The notes under the pieces: model-generated
What the model saw: the letters and a program-made list of their open reading frames with translations, nothing else
Told to the model about the DNA's origin: nothing
The model's database searches: none
In this document: piece by piece, positions 1-8,979 of the stretch
Layout of the letters: every line of letters starts with the position of its first letter
How positions within the stretch are numbered: the first letter of the stretch is position 1
Assembly: GCA_964647585.1 (NCBI GenBank)
Contig: CAZYGG010000004.1
Location: forward strand, 16,154 to 80,153
Length of the DNA: 64,000 bases
Source of the DNA: an uncultured Desulfobacterales bacterium
Lineage (GTDB): Bacteria; Desulfobacterota; Desulfobacteria; Desulfobacterales; CAJINA01
Direction: 5' to 3'
Position numbers and translations under genes: made by a program

Positions 1-1
1 G

Positions 2-967
2 GAAACCGAGGCAGCCGTAAAACTGCTGTTTGAGCTGATCGTTGCCGCCACCCGGAAGAAGAACTTTACTAAAGCCGAAGAATTGCGGGACCGCCTGTAC
101 GATGTGGATGCCATGGCCCTGACGGAAATCGTCAAAGCCGGTGAAATCATCGAGCAGGAAAAGTCCGAGTCCATTGACCAGGACCACCTGGCTGTCTGGC
201 CCGAGCTCTACGACAAGCTGAGCAGCGAGGAAGCCAGCGCCCTTTTCTATGCCCTGGAAGAGGTTGCCTATGAAGCCGACCAGACCGTATATGCGCAGGG
301 ACAGAAAAACGAAAACCTCTATTTCATTACCGAGGGCAGCCTTAAACTGGTCTACCGGGATGGTGAAAAGGAAACCCTGCTAAAGACACTCGAAAAGGGG
401 AACATCGCCGGGCACACGACTTTTTTTACCATCAGCATGTGCACCACGTCGATGATCACACTCTCCAGTGTGAAGATGAACGTGCTCTCCCAGGCGGCAA
501 TGGAACCATGGCAGAATGACTTTCCCGCCTTGAAATCCAAACTTGAAGATTACTGCCTGAAACTTGAAAAATCCCGAGACATTATTAAAGCAAAGGGCAT
601 GGATCGCCGCAAGCATCCGCGTTTTGACGTCAAAGGCAAAATCCTGGTTCAGCTTTTAAACCGGAAACGGCTGCCCATGGGAAAACCCTTCAAGGGTGTC
701 TTCGCCGATATTTCCGAAGGCGGTTTGAGCTTTTTTATCATCACTTCCAAGCAGGAAACCGCCCGCATGCTGCTGGGCCGGCGCCTGGGTCTCAAATTTC
801 TCATCCCCACCCGGGCGGCCCCCCTGAAAACGTTCCAGCATGGGACGGTTATCTGCGTCAACTATCACCTGAAGAATGACTACTCCATCCACGTCTCCTT
901 CGATGACGAGTTGCCGGGCGGAATTGCCGGAGCCATAAAACGGTTGAAAAACGTGAAAACCGAATAG
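2..967 (+). CDS. cyclic-nucleotide-binding-like / PilZ domain protein (5' end probably upstream of window)
   Basis: The frame is open from nt 2, with no stop before the listed TTG at 83. cNMP-binding-like core 'NLYFITEGSLKLVYRDGEKE'. C-terminal PilZ motifs 'RRKHPR' (RxxxR) and 'DISEGG' (DxSxxG). Confidence 0.7.
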   Translation, partial: ETEAAVKLLFELIVAATRKKNFTKAEELRDRLYDVDAMALTEIVKAGEIIEQEKSESIDQDHLAVWPELYDKLSSEEASALFYALEEVAYEADQTVYAQGQKNENLYFITEGSLKLVYRDGEKETLLKTLEKGNIAGHTTFFTISMCTTSMITLSSVKMNVLSQAAMEPWQNDFPALKSKLEDYCLKLEKSRDIIKAKGMDRRKHPRFDVKGKILVQLLNRKRLPMGKPFKGVFADISEGGLSFFIITSKQETARMLLGRRLGLKFLIPTRAAPLKTFQHGTVICVNYHLKNDYSIHVSFDDELPGGIAGAIKRLKNVKTE

Positions 968-1342
968 CTCTTTAGCAATGTTGTTCTTTATTTATGCCAC
1001 GCGTTGCTGGCATATGAACGCTGCCTGGCAATTGCGGCCTGACAATTGCGGACAGATTACTCTGCAACCAGGTAAAACCGGTAGCTATTTCAACATATCT
1101 GTCTTCTTAGGGAATTTCTGATATTTAGCTGGCCCACCTTATACGCCAGTTTCGGTGGCGTTAGTGAGGACAGGGCGTGTTTATTGAATTATTTGATAAT
1201 TTCAGGTTTTGGTCATGCATCTGTATGGGCCGAAATTCCGTAGGAATTGACAAAATAGTCTTTTTTATATAACAAAATAGCCACTCCCACCCGAACCAGT
1301 TCCAAAATCAATCATATCGGCCACATATTTAGGGCTCATTTT

Positions 1343-4300
1343 ATGAATTGCCCAGTATGCCAAATTGAGATTCCCGAAGATTCGAAGTTTTGCAAAGAGT
1401 GTGGCCATCCTTTAATTGAGATCTTTGATGCAGAAGAAGCCCCACGGATAATAGACAGCGAACGGAAGCACGTTACTATCATGTTTTCTGACTTGTCGGG
1501 ATACACAGCCATTACCGAAAGGCTCGATCCTGAGGAAGTCAAAGCGATCATGAGCTATATCTTCGGAGAAGTAACGCAGATAATCCACAATTATGATGGA
1601 TTCATTGAGCGGTTCATTGGCGATGCTGTGATGGCTATTTTTGGCGTGCCAAAAGTACATGAGGATGATCCCGTCCGAGCGATAAGGGCCGCCAGGGAGA
1701 TACATGCTTTTGTGGAAGGGTTTAGCCCTCAAATTGAAATTAGAATTGGAAGGCCGCTGACAATGCACACGGGCATTAACACCGGCCTTGTTGTGACTGG
1801 CGAAGTAGATGTTGCCAAAAGGACGCATGGTTTGACCGGAGAGGCCATCAACCTGGCCTCAAGAATGGAAGGCCTTGCCAATGCGGGCGAAATCGTCGTC
1901 GGCCCTGCCACCTATCGCCGGTCAGAAGACATTTTTTCGTTTCAGGCCCTAAAGCCAACCAAAGTCAAGGGCTTCGCGAACCGAATTCGACCCTATAAAG
2001 TCTTAAGCTTGAAAACGCATACTAAAAGACCCCGTATAGGTTTGGAGCGCCGGATATACTCTGAGATGGTTGGGCGCGAAAGAGAATTGAATAAGCTGGA
2101 GTTGCAGTTGGCCAAGGCGATTGATGGTGATGGCTCAGTTGTAAACATCATTGGCGAGGCGGGCATTGGGAAATCAAGGCTTTTTTCGGAATTTAATAAT
2201 CTGGACTCATTACAGCGTGTGATACTTCTTGAAGGCAAGGCGATATCCATAGGTAGGAACCTGGCTTTCCATCCGATCATTGACCTTCTCAAACACTGGA
2301 CGCGTATCGGGGAAAATGACAGCGAGGCCAGTGCTTTAAGTAAACTTGAATCTGCCGTTCAGAACGTGTGCCGGGAAGATGCGGAGGAGATTGTTCCTTT
2401 TCTGGCGACCCTTATGGGCATGCAGCTTTTTGGCCGGTATGCTGAAAGAATCGCAGGCATCGAAGGTGAAGCCCTTGAAAAATTGATCTTGAAAAATATC
2501 AGGGAACTACTATCGAAAGCGTCTGAACTTATTCCGCTTGTGATTGTGATGGAAGACCTGCACTGGGCAGATACAAGCTCCATAGAACTCCTGGAATCTT
2601 TATTTCGCCTGGCAGAATCTCACAGCATACTTTTCGTCAATTTATTCAGGCCTGATCATGCAGAAACAGGGGAAAGGATCGTTGCAACCCTAAAAGAAAA
2701 GCTGTCTGTCTATCATGTTGAAATCGTATTGCAATCGCTGGATAAAAGTATGAGCGAAAAGTTAATCGACAATATGCTTAACATCCGGGACCTTAACTAT
2801 CCCATCAAAAATAAGATTATTGAACGTGCCGGCGGGAACCCTTTTTTCATTGAAGAGATAGTCCTTTCGTTTGTTGATGAGGGGTATATCGTCCCACAGG
2901 AAGGGAAATTCGAGATCAGCAACAAGATCGCCATGATGGTCGTGCCGTATACCATCAACGATGTCCTTAACGCGAGAATAGATCGCCTGGAGAAAGAGAC
3001 CCGGAACCTGGTGAAAATCGCTTCAGTGATTGGTAAAAATTTTTTTTACAGAATCCTGACAAATGTGGCTACGGCAACAGATGATATTGACAGCCACTTG
3101 GCATACCTCAAGAAGATCCAGATAATTATGGAACGGATGCGGCTGGATGAGTTGGAATTTTTTTTCAAGCACGCCCTGTTCCAGGAAGCTGCCTATAAAT
3201 CCATTTTGCATAACAAGCGAATAGCCCTGCATCTACGCGTTGCAAGAACTATTGAAAGTCTGTTCAAAGAACGTCTGCATGAATTTTACGGCATGCTGGC
3301 GCTGCACTATAACCGGGGCCGGAACGATGAACAGGCCGAATACTATCTATCCATGGCAGGGAAAGAAGCACTGAAATCATCGGCTTCAAATGAAGCGCTG
3401 CATTATTATCAAGAGGCCCTGAACCTGTATTTGAAAAAATCCAGCACCGATGCCGATCCTGAGAAGGAAGCCATGTTGGAGAAGAATATCGCCTTGGCCC
3501 TTTACAACCGCGGGCAGCACGAGGAGGCTGTGGGACACTTTGACCGGGCTCTGGATCATTATTGGGGCAAATTGTCGAAGAATGTATTTTCAAGAACAAT
3601 CGAGGTTTTGTCCTCTTTCTTGCACGTTGTCACAGCATTGTTCATTCCATCCTTGAAGTTTAGAAAAACGCCAACCCAACGAGATCTCCAAGTATTCGAC
3701 CTCTTCTACAAGAAATGTAAGGCCCTGGTCATAACTAATCCCAAGCAATCCTTTTTTGAATTCTTATTCCTTCACAAAACAATTTCTGCTTTCGATCTTA
3801 AAGAACTCGAAAACGGGACGGGCGTATTCGTAAGTGCAAGCCCGCTATTCTCTTTTTCCGGCCTTTCTTTCGGATTGAGCAGAAGGGTATTGGATTTCGT
3901 TAAGCCCAGGGTTAGTAGAGATGCTGTCAGACCTTACACAATCTATAAGTTATGTGAAACCATACATAATTTCTTAGAGGGGAACTGGGAAAAAATAGGA
4001 AATTATGATGAGGATTTGATAAACCAAACCTGCAACATTGGAGAAATATATGATGCCACCCAAATTCTGTACTGGCATGCTTTTCCCTGTATTTATCAGG
4101 GATCCCTCGAGATCGCCGAATCGATATTGAATCGATTGGAGGACATCTTTCAAGTTTATCAATATAACCTTGCAAAGACCTTCAAATATGAATTGAAATC
4201 GTGTTTGCTGATGGAGTGCCACAGATTTAATGATGCGCTGATTGAAATTAAGGAGGGAATTGATTTTGAGGCGAAGGCGGGTCCAGGGTTTTGGAAGCTT

Positions 4301-4858
4301 TATGTTTACGAAGCGCGGATATACACTTCAGTCGGCGAGATTGAAAAAGCGGAAAAATGCCTGGCGCAAGCGAATAGGATCTGCCACCAGATTAGACCAG
4401 TTCCCTTTCAAATGGCAGGACTCTGTAGAGCTGAGCTGGAGTACAATCTGTATCGAGTAAAAGAAATGCTGAGAAACGGCAATAAAACAAAACTATCCGA
4501 ATATCGGAAGAAGGCCGGCAAATCAGTTAAGATGCTCTTAAGAAATGTACGCAAAGTAGCTCAATATCGTACGGAAGCGTACAAACTGACTGGAGAGTTT
4601 TACTGGCTGATGAACAAACAGAAAACGGCCCATGCATGGTGGCGCAAGGCCATTGAGGAAGGCGAACGCCTCGGCGCCCGTCTTCAGCTCGCAGGCGTTT
4701 ATTTTGAATTAGGAAAACGATTACTCGGGCCCGAAAGTAAGTACAGGGTTCTTGACGGAATCAGAGCGGAAGATTACCTGGAAATGGCGAGATCATTGTT
4801 AGAGGAAATGAAACTGCAGTCTTATTTAGATGAACTGAATCAATTCACCAGGGGATAA
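1343..4858 (+). CDS. Zn-ribbon + class III adenylate/guanylate cyclase + STAND/AAA ATPase + TPR signalling protein
   Basis: N-terminal 'CPVCQ...CKECG'. Cyclase motifs 'VTIMFSDLSGYT', 'FIGDAVMAIFG', 'GEAINLASRMEG'. Walker A 'GEAGIGKSRL' and Walker B-like 'LVIVMEDLHWAD'. Long helical-repeat C-terminus (TPR-like, 'EALHYYQEALNLY'). Confidence 0.85.
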   Translation: MNCPVCQIEIPEDSKFCKECGHPLIEIFDAEEAPRIIDSERKHVTIMFSDLSGYTAITERLDPEEVKAIMSYIFGEVTQIIHNYDGFIERFIGDAVMAIFGVPKVHEDDPVRAIRAAREIHAFVEGFSPQIEIRIGRPLTMHTGINTGLVVTGEVDVAKRTHGLTGEAINLASRMEGLANAGEIVVGPATYRRSEDIFSFQALKPTKVKGFANRIRPYKVLSLKTHTKRPRIGLERRIYSEMVGRERELNKLELQLAKAIDGDGSVVNIIGEAGIGKSRLFSEFNNLDSLQRVILLEGKAISIGRNLAFHPIIDLLKHWTRIGENDSEASALSKLESAVQNVCREDAEEIVPFLATLMGMQLFGRYAERIAGIEGEALEKLILKNIRELLSKASELIPLVIVMEDLHWADTSSIELLESLFRLAESHSILFVNLFRPDHAETGERIVATLKEKLSVYHVEIVLQSLDKSMSEKLIDNMLNIRDLNYPIKNKIIERAGGNPFFIEEIVLSFVDEGYIVPQEGKFEISNKIAMMVVPYTINDVLNARIDRLEKETRNLVKIASVIGKNFFYRILTNVATATDDIDSHLAYLKKIQIIMERMRLDELEFFFKHALFQEAAYKSILHNKRIALHLRVARTIESLFKERLHEFYGMLALHYNRGRNDEQAEYYLSMAGKEALKSSASNEALHYYQEALNLYLKKSSTDADPEKEAMLEKNIALALYNRGQHEEAVGHFDRALDHYWGKLSKNVFSRTIEVLSSFLHVVTALFIPSLKFRKTPTQRDLQVFDLFYKKCKALVITNPKQSFFEFLFLHKTISAFDLKELENGTGVFVSASPLFSFSGLSFGLSRRVLDFVKPRVSRDAVRPYTIYKLCETIHNFLEGNWEKIGNYDEDLINQTCNIGEIYDATQILYWHAFPCIYQGSLEIAESILNRLEDIFQVYQYNLAKTFKYELKSCLLMECHRFNDALIEIKEGIDFEAKAGPGFWKLYVYEARIYTSVGEIEKAEKCLAQANRICHQIRPVPFQMAGLCRAELEYNLYRVKEMLRNGNKTKLSEYRKKAGKSVKMLLRNVRKVAQYRTEAYKLTGEFYWLMNKQKTAHAWWRKAIEEGERLGARLQLAGVYFELGKRLLGPESKYRVLDGIRAEDYLEMARSLLEEMKLQSYLDELNQFTRG

Positions 4859-4866
4859 GAGCCTGA

Positions 4867-5862
4867 ATGGATATTGGGATTACAAATTTGCTGTCATTCT
4901 GCGCGCGTGTCGATTTTGGCACGGTGAACCTTTCCCGAGAAGAGGAAGCCTTTCGTGGGGAGCTCAACCGGGTGATGTTGTCACTCTGTGAGTGCTTGCC
5001 TGAATCCAGGCAGACCGAGGCAACCTTATTCTTGATGAAATACTTGCAGGCCTCTTTCAGCGGCGGCCCTAATTTTGTCAACTACTTCTACGCGCCGGCA
5101 TGGTCGATCCTTTTTTGGCTTCATCGATCCTGTCCGGATAACATAAAACTGGACCCAGAATATGTGCAAGCTGTAAAGACCGGGCATACCATGGCCATGT
5201 TCCTGCATGCTTTCGACGACCATCTTGTTGACGGTCAATTACCCATTACACACCTGGCCTTGCTCATCAGGAGCCAAGCCTGGATGATCATGAACCGGGC
5301 TTTTGACCGATTAGCCAGTGACGTTGAGAGGGGACCGGCAATTGTTCATAATTTTATAGACGACTACTATGCGAGCATCGCCACTTCCGGCGGCACGAAT
5401 TCCCTGGGTAGTTATTGCGATCTTTTCAGGAAACAGATGGCCACCTGTTTGATCGTCCCCATCCTCCTGGCAAACAGGATAAGCACCGGCAAAGCGTTTT
5501 CACGATCCATTCAGGCAGCTTACTGCTCTTTCGGCATTGCCTGGAGGCTGCTCGATGATCTACAAGACCTTGAAAAAGATATGATGAAGGGCGTCCATTC
5601 TTCCATCTATGTCTGCCTTAGTGAAGATTTAAGGCGTTGCTGGGATAAAAGCACTGAAGAGAAAAAAAACCAGAATAACGGCTACGTGCAAAAATTATTG
5701 CGTTATGTTCAGAAAGAAGGGGTCATTGACCGCATAAAGGCAAGGACATGCAGCGAGTTGGACTCAGCCGCTGCTGTCGCTGACGCATGCAGCCTGCCAG
5801 AGCTGGCAGGTGAGTTTCGCTCTCTTTTGAAACCATTGAAAGAAGGGCAGCACCTTTCATGA
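4867..5862 (+). CDS. class I isoprenoid-synthase-fold protein (polyprenyl or squalene/phytoene-synthase-like), function unknown
   Basis: Two Asp-rich motifs, 'HAFDDHLVDG' and 'GIAWRLLDDLQDLEKDMMKG', lie about 100 aa apart as in head-to-head/trans-isoprenyl synthases. The start is 8 nt after the upstream stop. The stop overlaps the next gene (ATGA). Confidence 0.5.
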   Translation: MDIGITNLLSFCARVDFGTVNLSREEEAFRGELNRVMLSLCECLPESRQTEATLFLMKYLQASFSGGPNFVNYFYAPAWSILFWLHRSCPDNIKLDPEYVQAVKTGHTMAMFLHAFDDHLVDGQLPITHLALLIRSQAWMIMNRAFDRLASDVERGPAIVHNFIDDYYASIATSGGTNSLGSYCDLFRKQMATCLIVPILLANRISTGKAFSRSIQAAYCSFGIAWRLLDDLQDLEKDMMKGVHSSIYVCLSEDLRRCWDKSTEEKKNQNNGYVQKLLRYVQKEGVIDRIKARTCSELDSAAAVADACSLPELAGEFRSLLKPLKEGQHLS

Positions 5863-6941
5863 AGGGAAACACTACAGAGGGAATCTTTCCGGGGGTGGGG
5901 CAAGAAGCACTGTCTATCGAGGTAACATCGCGCTGCAACAGTTCCTGCTTACACTGTTTTGCCCGTTCCGCTATCTCCAGACGCCCCAGCCTCCCCGTCG
6001 ATATAGTCAAGGAGATCATTGCCGAAGGGCATGCTGTTGGATACCGTCACCTGCATATTACCGGCGGCGAACCGCTACTCTGGAAAGGCCTGTTTGAGGC
6101 CCTGGACTATGGATTTGAGGTGGGATATGAAACCATCTTTGTGAATACCAATGGGACCCTCATTACAGAAGAGATCAGTAAGAGACTTGCCAAATACGGT
6201 AACTTTTCGATCTCGGTCAGTTTGGATGGACCCGAAGACCTGCATGACCGCATACGGGGAGAGGGATCACACAAAAGGGCAATGCGGGGCATTGAGAAGG
6301 CGCTAAATGGGGGGAACGATTGTACAATTTTCACAACAGTTACAAAAGGCCTGCTGCCGGAGTTGCCGCACTTTGCAAATGATCTGTACACAGAGTTTCC
6401 AACCATCGACTGTCTCATTCTCATCCAGCTCATTCAAACAACCAATGGCGGGTTTCCCCTGTCAGAGGAGCTTCTTGATCCGGATGACTTCATACGCTTG
6501 GTGAGAATGGCGGCGCTTTTGAATATCGGCGGTTTGCGTACAATCGTGAAGAAGAATCCTGCCGCCAACGTCGTTTCTAAATTGATGCAGATGCCATGGA
6601 TCCCGAAGGTTCCGCCCCTCTACCGGGAGGGCTGCATGATTGTATTTGCAAACAGGCATATCGGCGTGGTGCACTCAAGCAAGAAAAGCTTCGGCAGATA
6701 CAGGACCGGTATGATACGAAAAGTTCTGGCTTCCGATGAGTATCAAAAAACCGTCGCGTCGGACCAAGAAACGTGTCTATTGTGTAAATATACCCAACTC
6801 TGTCAGGCAAACGGAATGATCCGTCCCTCACGCGGGTACGGAGATCTTTACACCGATAAACCCTATTGCCGGCGAGTACTGGAGACGATTGAATCGACTC
6901 AAGCTGTTAAGGTGCGGAAAAGAAAGGAGGGATATATCTGA
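5859..6941 (+). CDS. radical SAM enzyme with Cys-rich (partial SPASM/twitch-like) C-terminus
   Basis: 'SIEVTSRCNSSCLHCFA' (CxxxCxxC), 'ITGGEPLL', 'VNTNGTLI', 'SVSLDGPEDLHDRIRG'. C-terminal 'CLLCKYTQLC...YC'. Confidence 0.85.
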   Translation: MKGNTTEGIFPGVGQEALSIEVTSRCNSSCLHCFARSAISRRPSLPVDIVKEIIAEGHAVGYRHLHITGGEPLLWKGLFEALDYGFEVGYETIFVNTNGTLITEEISKRLAKYGNFSISVSLDGPEDLHDRIRGEGSHKRAMRGIEKALNGGNDCTIFTTVTKGLLPELPHFANDLYTEFPTIDCLILIQLIQTTNGGFPLSEELLDPDDFIRLVRMAALLNIGGLRTIVKKNPAANVVSKLMQMPWIPKVPPLYREGCMIVFANRHIGVVHSSKKSFGRYRTGMIRKVLASDEYQKTVASDQETCLLCKYTQLCQANGMIRPSRGYGDLYTDKPYCRRVLETIESTQAVKVRKRKEGYI

Positions 6942-7098
6942 CCGGAAAAAAAAGACAAGACCATGGATGGCTCTGGTAAACTGCAAAGGCGCTTTTCAGA
7001 TTCGAAACGGTCGGGTTCGACAAAAGGCCCTTTGTGGCTCGCGGGGTTTAACAACCTCATGAATCATAATGTGCAAACACAAAAGAGAGGAGAAAAAC

Positions 7099-7353
7099 AT
7101 GGATAGTGACAGAGAAAAAAAAGATTTTATAAAGTTCATTATGGATGCAACCCTAGATGCGGGACTGGCGACAAGATTTCTTAGAGAAAATACCGCTTCG
7201 GGTGTTCACGAATTCTTCCAACAAGAAGGGTACAAAGACATACCCCTCGAAGATTGCGAAGATATACTAAACGCTTCAACTTCCGGGCATGGGCGGGGTA
7301 TTGACGATGCCGGCAACCCTGTAGACCTCAGTGACGCTACAAAAAGTTACTGA
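7099..7353 (+). CDS. small (84 aa) Nif11-like domain protein; candidate RiPP-type precursor
   Basis: ATG at 7099 is preceded by 'agaggag' about 6 nt upstream; the listed ORF start 7069 lacks an RBS. 'KKDFIKFIMDATLDAGLATRFLRENTASGVHEFFQQEGYKDIPLEDCEDIL' follows the Nif11/N-terminal leader pattern (helix, ...L..FL, G(F/Y)..(S/T/P).E(D/E)). The C-terminal 25 aa are Gly/Asp-rich. Confidence 0.45.
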   Translation: MDSDREKKDFIKFIMDATLDAGLATRFLRENTASGVHEFFQQEGYKDIPLEDCEDILNASTSGHGRGIDDAGNPVDLSDATKSY

Positions 7354-7537
7354 TAGAAAAAAACTGTTATTTAAGCTCTGGGGAAAAACGATCTATACGA
7401 TGATGCTCGCGGCATTGATCTCGGCCTTCGATCCAGTGTCCGTAAAAAGTCCGGGGCTAGCCGTAGAAATAAGTATTCGTACGAACTATGATCTCACGGG
7501 GAAGGCAACCTGAAGCTAAAGCGGGTTCAGCGCGGTT

Positions 7538-8767
7538 TTGTTCGGAGGACTACTATTGGTTTCACAAAAGTTCAATACCGAAGAGCGGGTAACGGATTGC
7601 GACGTAATGATTGTCGGGGCCGGTCCGGCAGGCATATCGACCTGGCTGCATTTGAAAAAGTATGCGCCGGAACTGGCTGACAACACGGTTTTGATCGAGA
7701 AGGCCGCTTTCCCGCGACACAAGTTGTGCGCCGGCGGGGTCGGGGCGTGGAGTGCAGATGTATTAGGGCACCTGGAGGTTGATTTAAAAATCCCATCGCT
7801 GTTTGTAACTGATGTAGAGTTTCGGTATCGAGATGAAAGCTGGCTATATAAAAGCCCAACTCGTTTCAGGATGGTCCAGCGTGCGGATTTTGATTTTGCC
7901 CTGGCAAAATCGGGTGTCAATCGCGGCATGGCGTTTCATGAAAACGAAAAATTCATCGCGGCAAGCCGTGAGCGGGATACACTGGCGGTATTGACCAGCC
8001 AAGGAAAATATTACGTAAAAGCCCTTGTGGGCGCAGATGGGTCCCTTTCCATGGTGCGTCGCAAGATGATGCGGCCCCATCAAACCTGCCTGGCAACAAC
8101 GCTGCAGATCTCGGCGCCGGTAAATCCGAAATATGATCCGGAATTTTCCCTGAAGAAATTGCTGATTGATTTTTCACCGGTCGACGCAGGTCTTCAGGGG
8201 TACACGTGGCATATTCCCTGCCTGCAAGATGAGGCGCCCAGCATGAATCACGGTATCGGAAATTTCCGATTCCACCCCGAAAGGTCGCGGCCGGACATGA
8301 AAAAGATATTCAGCCGGGAATTAAAAACACGCCATATTGATAAGAGACCCGAATCCTGGTCCAGTCACCCCATCCGATGGTTCTCAAACGAAGTACCGAT
8401 TTCACGACCCAGTGTCCTTCTGGTCGGCGATGCCGCCGGCATTGAGCCCGCGTTCGGCGGGGGGATCCACATGGCCTTGTCTTATGGTGAGATCGCAGCC
8501 AGGACCCTGATTCAGGCGTTTCAAAATAAAGATTTCACATTTAGGCACTATAAGCATACCGTCATGTCCCATTTTATGGGGGGGCATATCAGGGCTTGTA
8601 CCCGTTTGGCAAGCAAGATATACGGCGGAAAAAAGAATCCATTAAGAAGCCTGGTACGCCATTTTTTAGCGGGTCGGTTTGGCAGCCGGAATCTATTGTC
8701 TCTCCTTCTTGGACCAGACAACGCCGGATACAACCAGGCTGCGTCCAAAGGGGCCAACATACAATAA
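7538..8767 (+). CDS. FAD-dependent oxidoreductase, geranylgeranyl-reductase/FixC-like family
   Basis: 'DVMIVGAGPAGIS' dinucleotide fold, 'LVGADGSLSMVRR', 'LVGDAAGIEPAFGGGI'. The start codon is uncertain (TTG 7538 or downstream). Confidence 0.75.
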   Translation: MFGGLLLVSQKFNTEERVTDCDVMIVGAGPAGISTWLHLKKYAPELADNTVLIEKAAFPRHKLCAGGVGAWSADVLGHLEVDLKIPSLFVTDVEFRYRDESWLYKSPTRFRMVQRADFDFALAKSGVNRGMAFHENEKFIAASRERDTLAVLTSQGKYYVKALVGADGSLSMVRRKMMRPHQTCLATTLQISAPVNPKYDPEFSLKKLLIDFSPVDAGLQGYTWHIPCLQDEAPSMNHGIGNFRFHPERSRPDMKKIFSRELKTRHIDKRPESWSSHPIRWFSNEVPISRPSVLLVGDAAGIEPAFGGGIHMALSYGEIAARTLIQAFQNKDFTFRHYKHTVMSHFMGGHIRACTRLASKIYGGKKNPLRSLVRHFLAGRFGSRNLLSLLLGPDNAGYNQAASKGANIQ

Positions 8768-8979
8768 CAGTTTAACACCACAGTGCCATTGAGGCTCCCA
8801 GGTCGCATGCCGGTGAAGCCCTGGCCGACGGTTAAACCAGCATGAACTTGATGTACCGATAGCCCCTGCATTTTTCTACATGGATTATTTTCTGCCTCCG
8901 GGATTCAGTAGAATGACCAAAGCAATGCCCGGTTTCAGTAATACCGATACGAAGACAGATATTTCATATCAAAGGATTT

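Noticed and set aside
7331-7513. 60-aa ORF after the Nif11-like gene, considered as a possible second precursor. Also a 53-aa ORF at about 6963-7124 that is not in the track.
   Set aside because: No RBS, overlap with neighbouring genes' ends, and no leader-like or repeat similarity to the 84-aa protein. Kept only as a possibility to test by comparative genomics.
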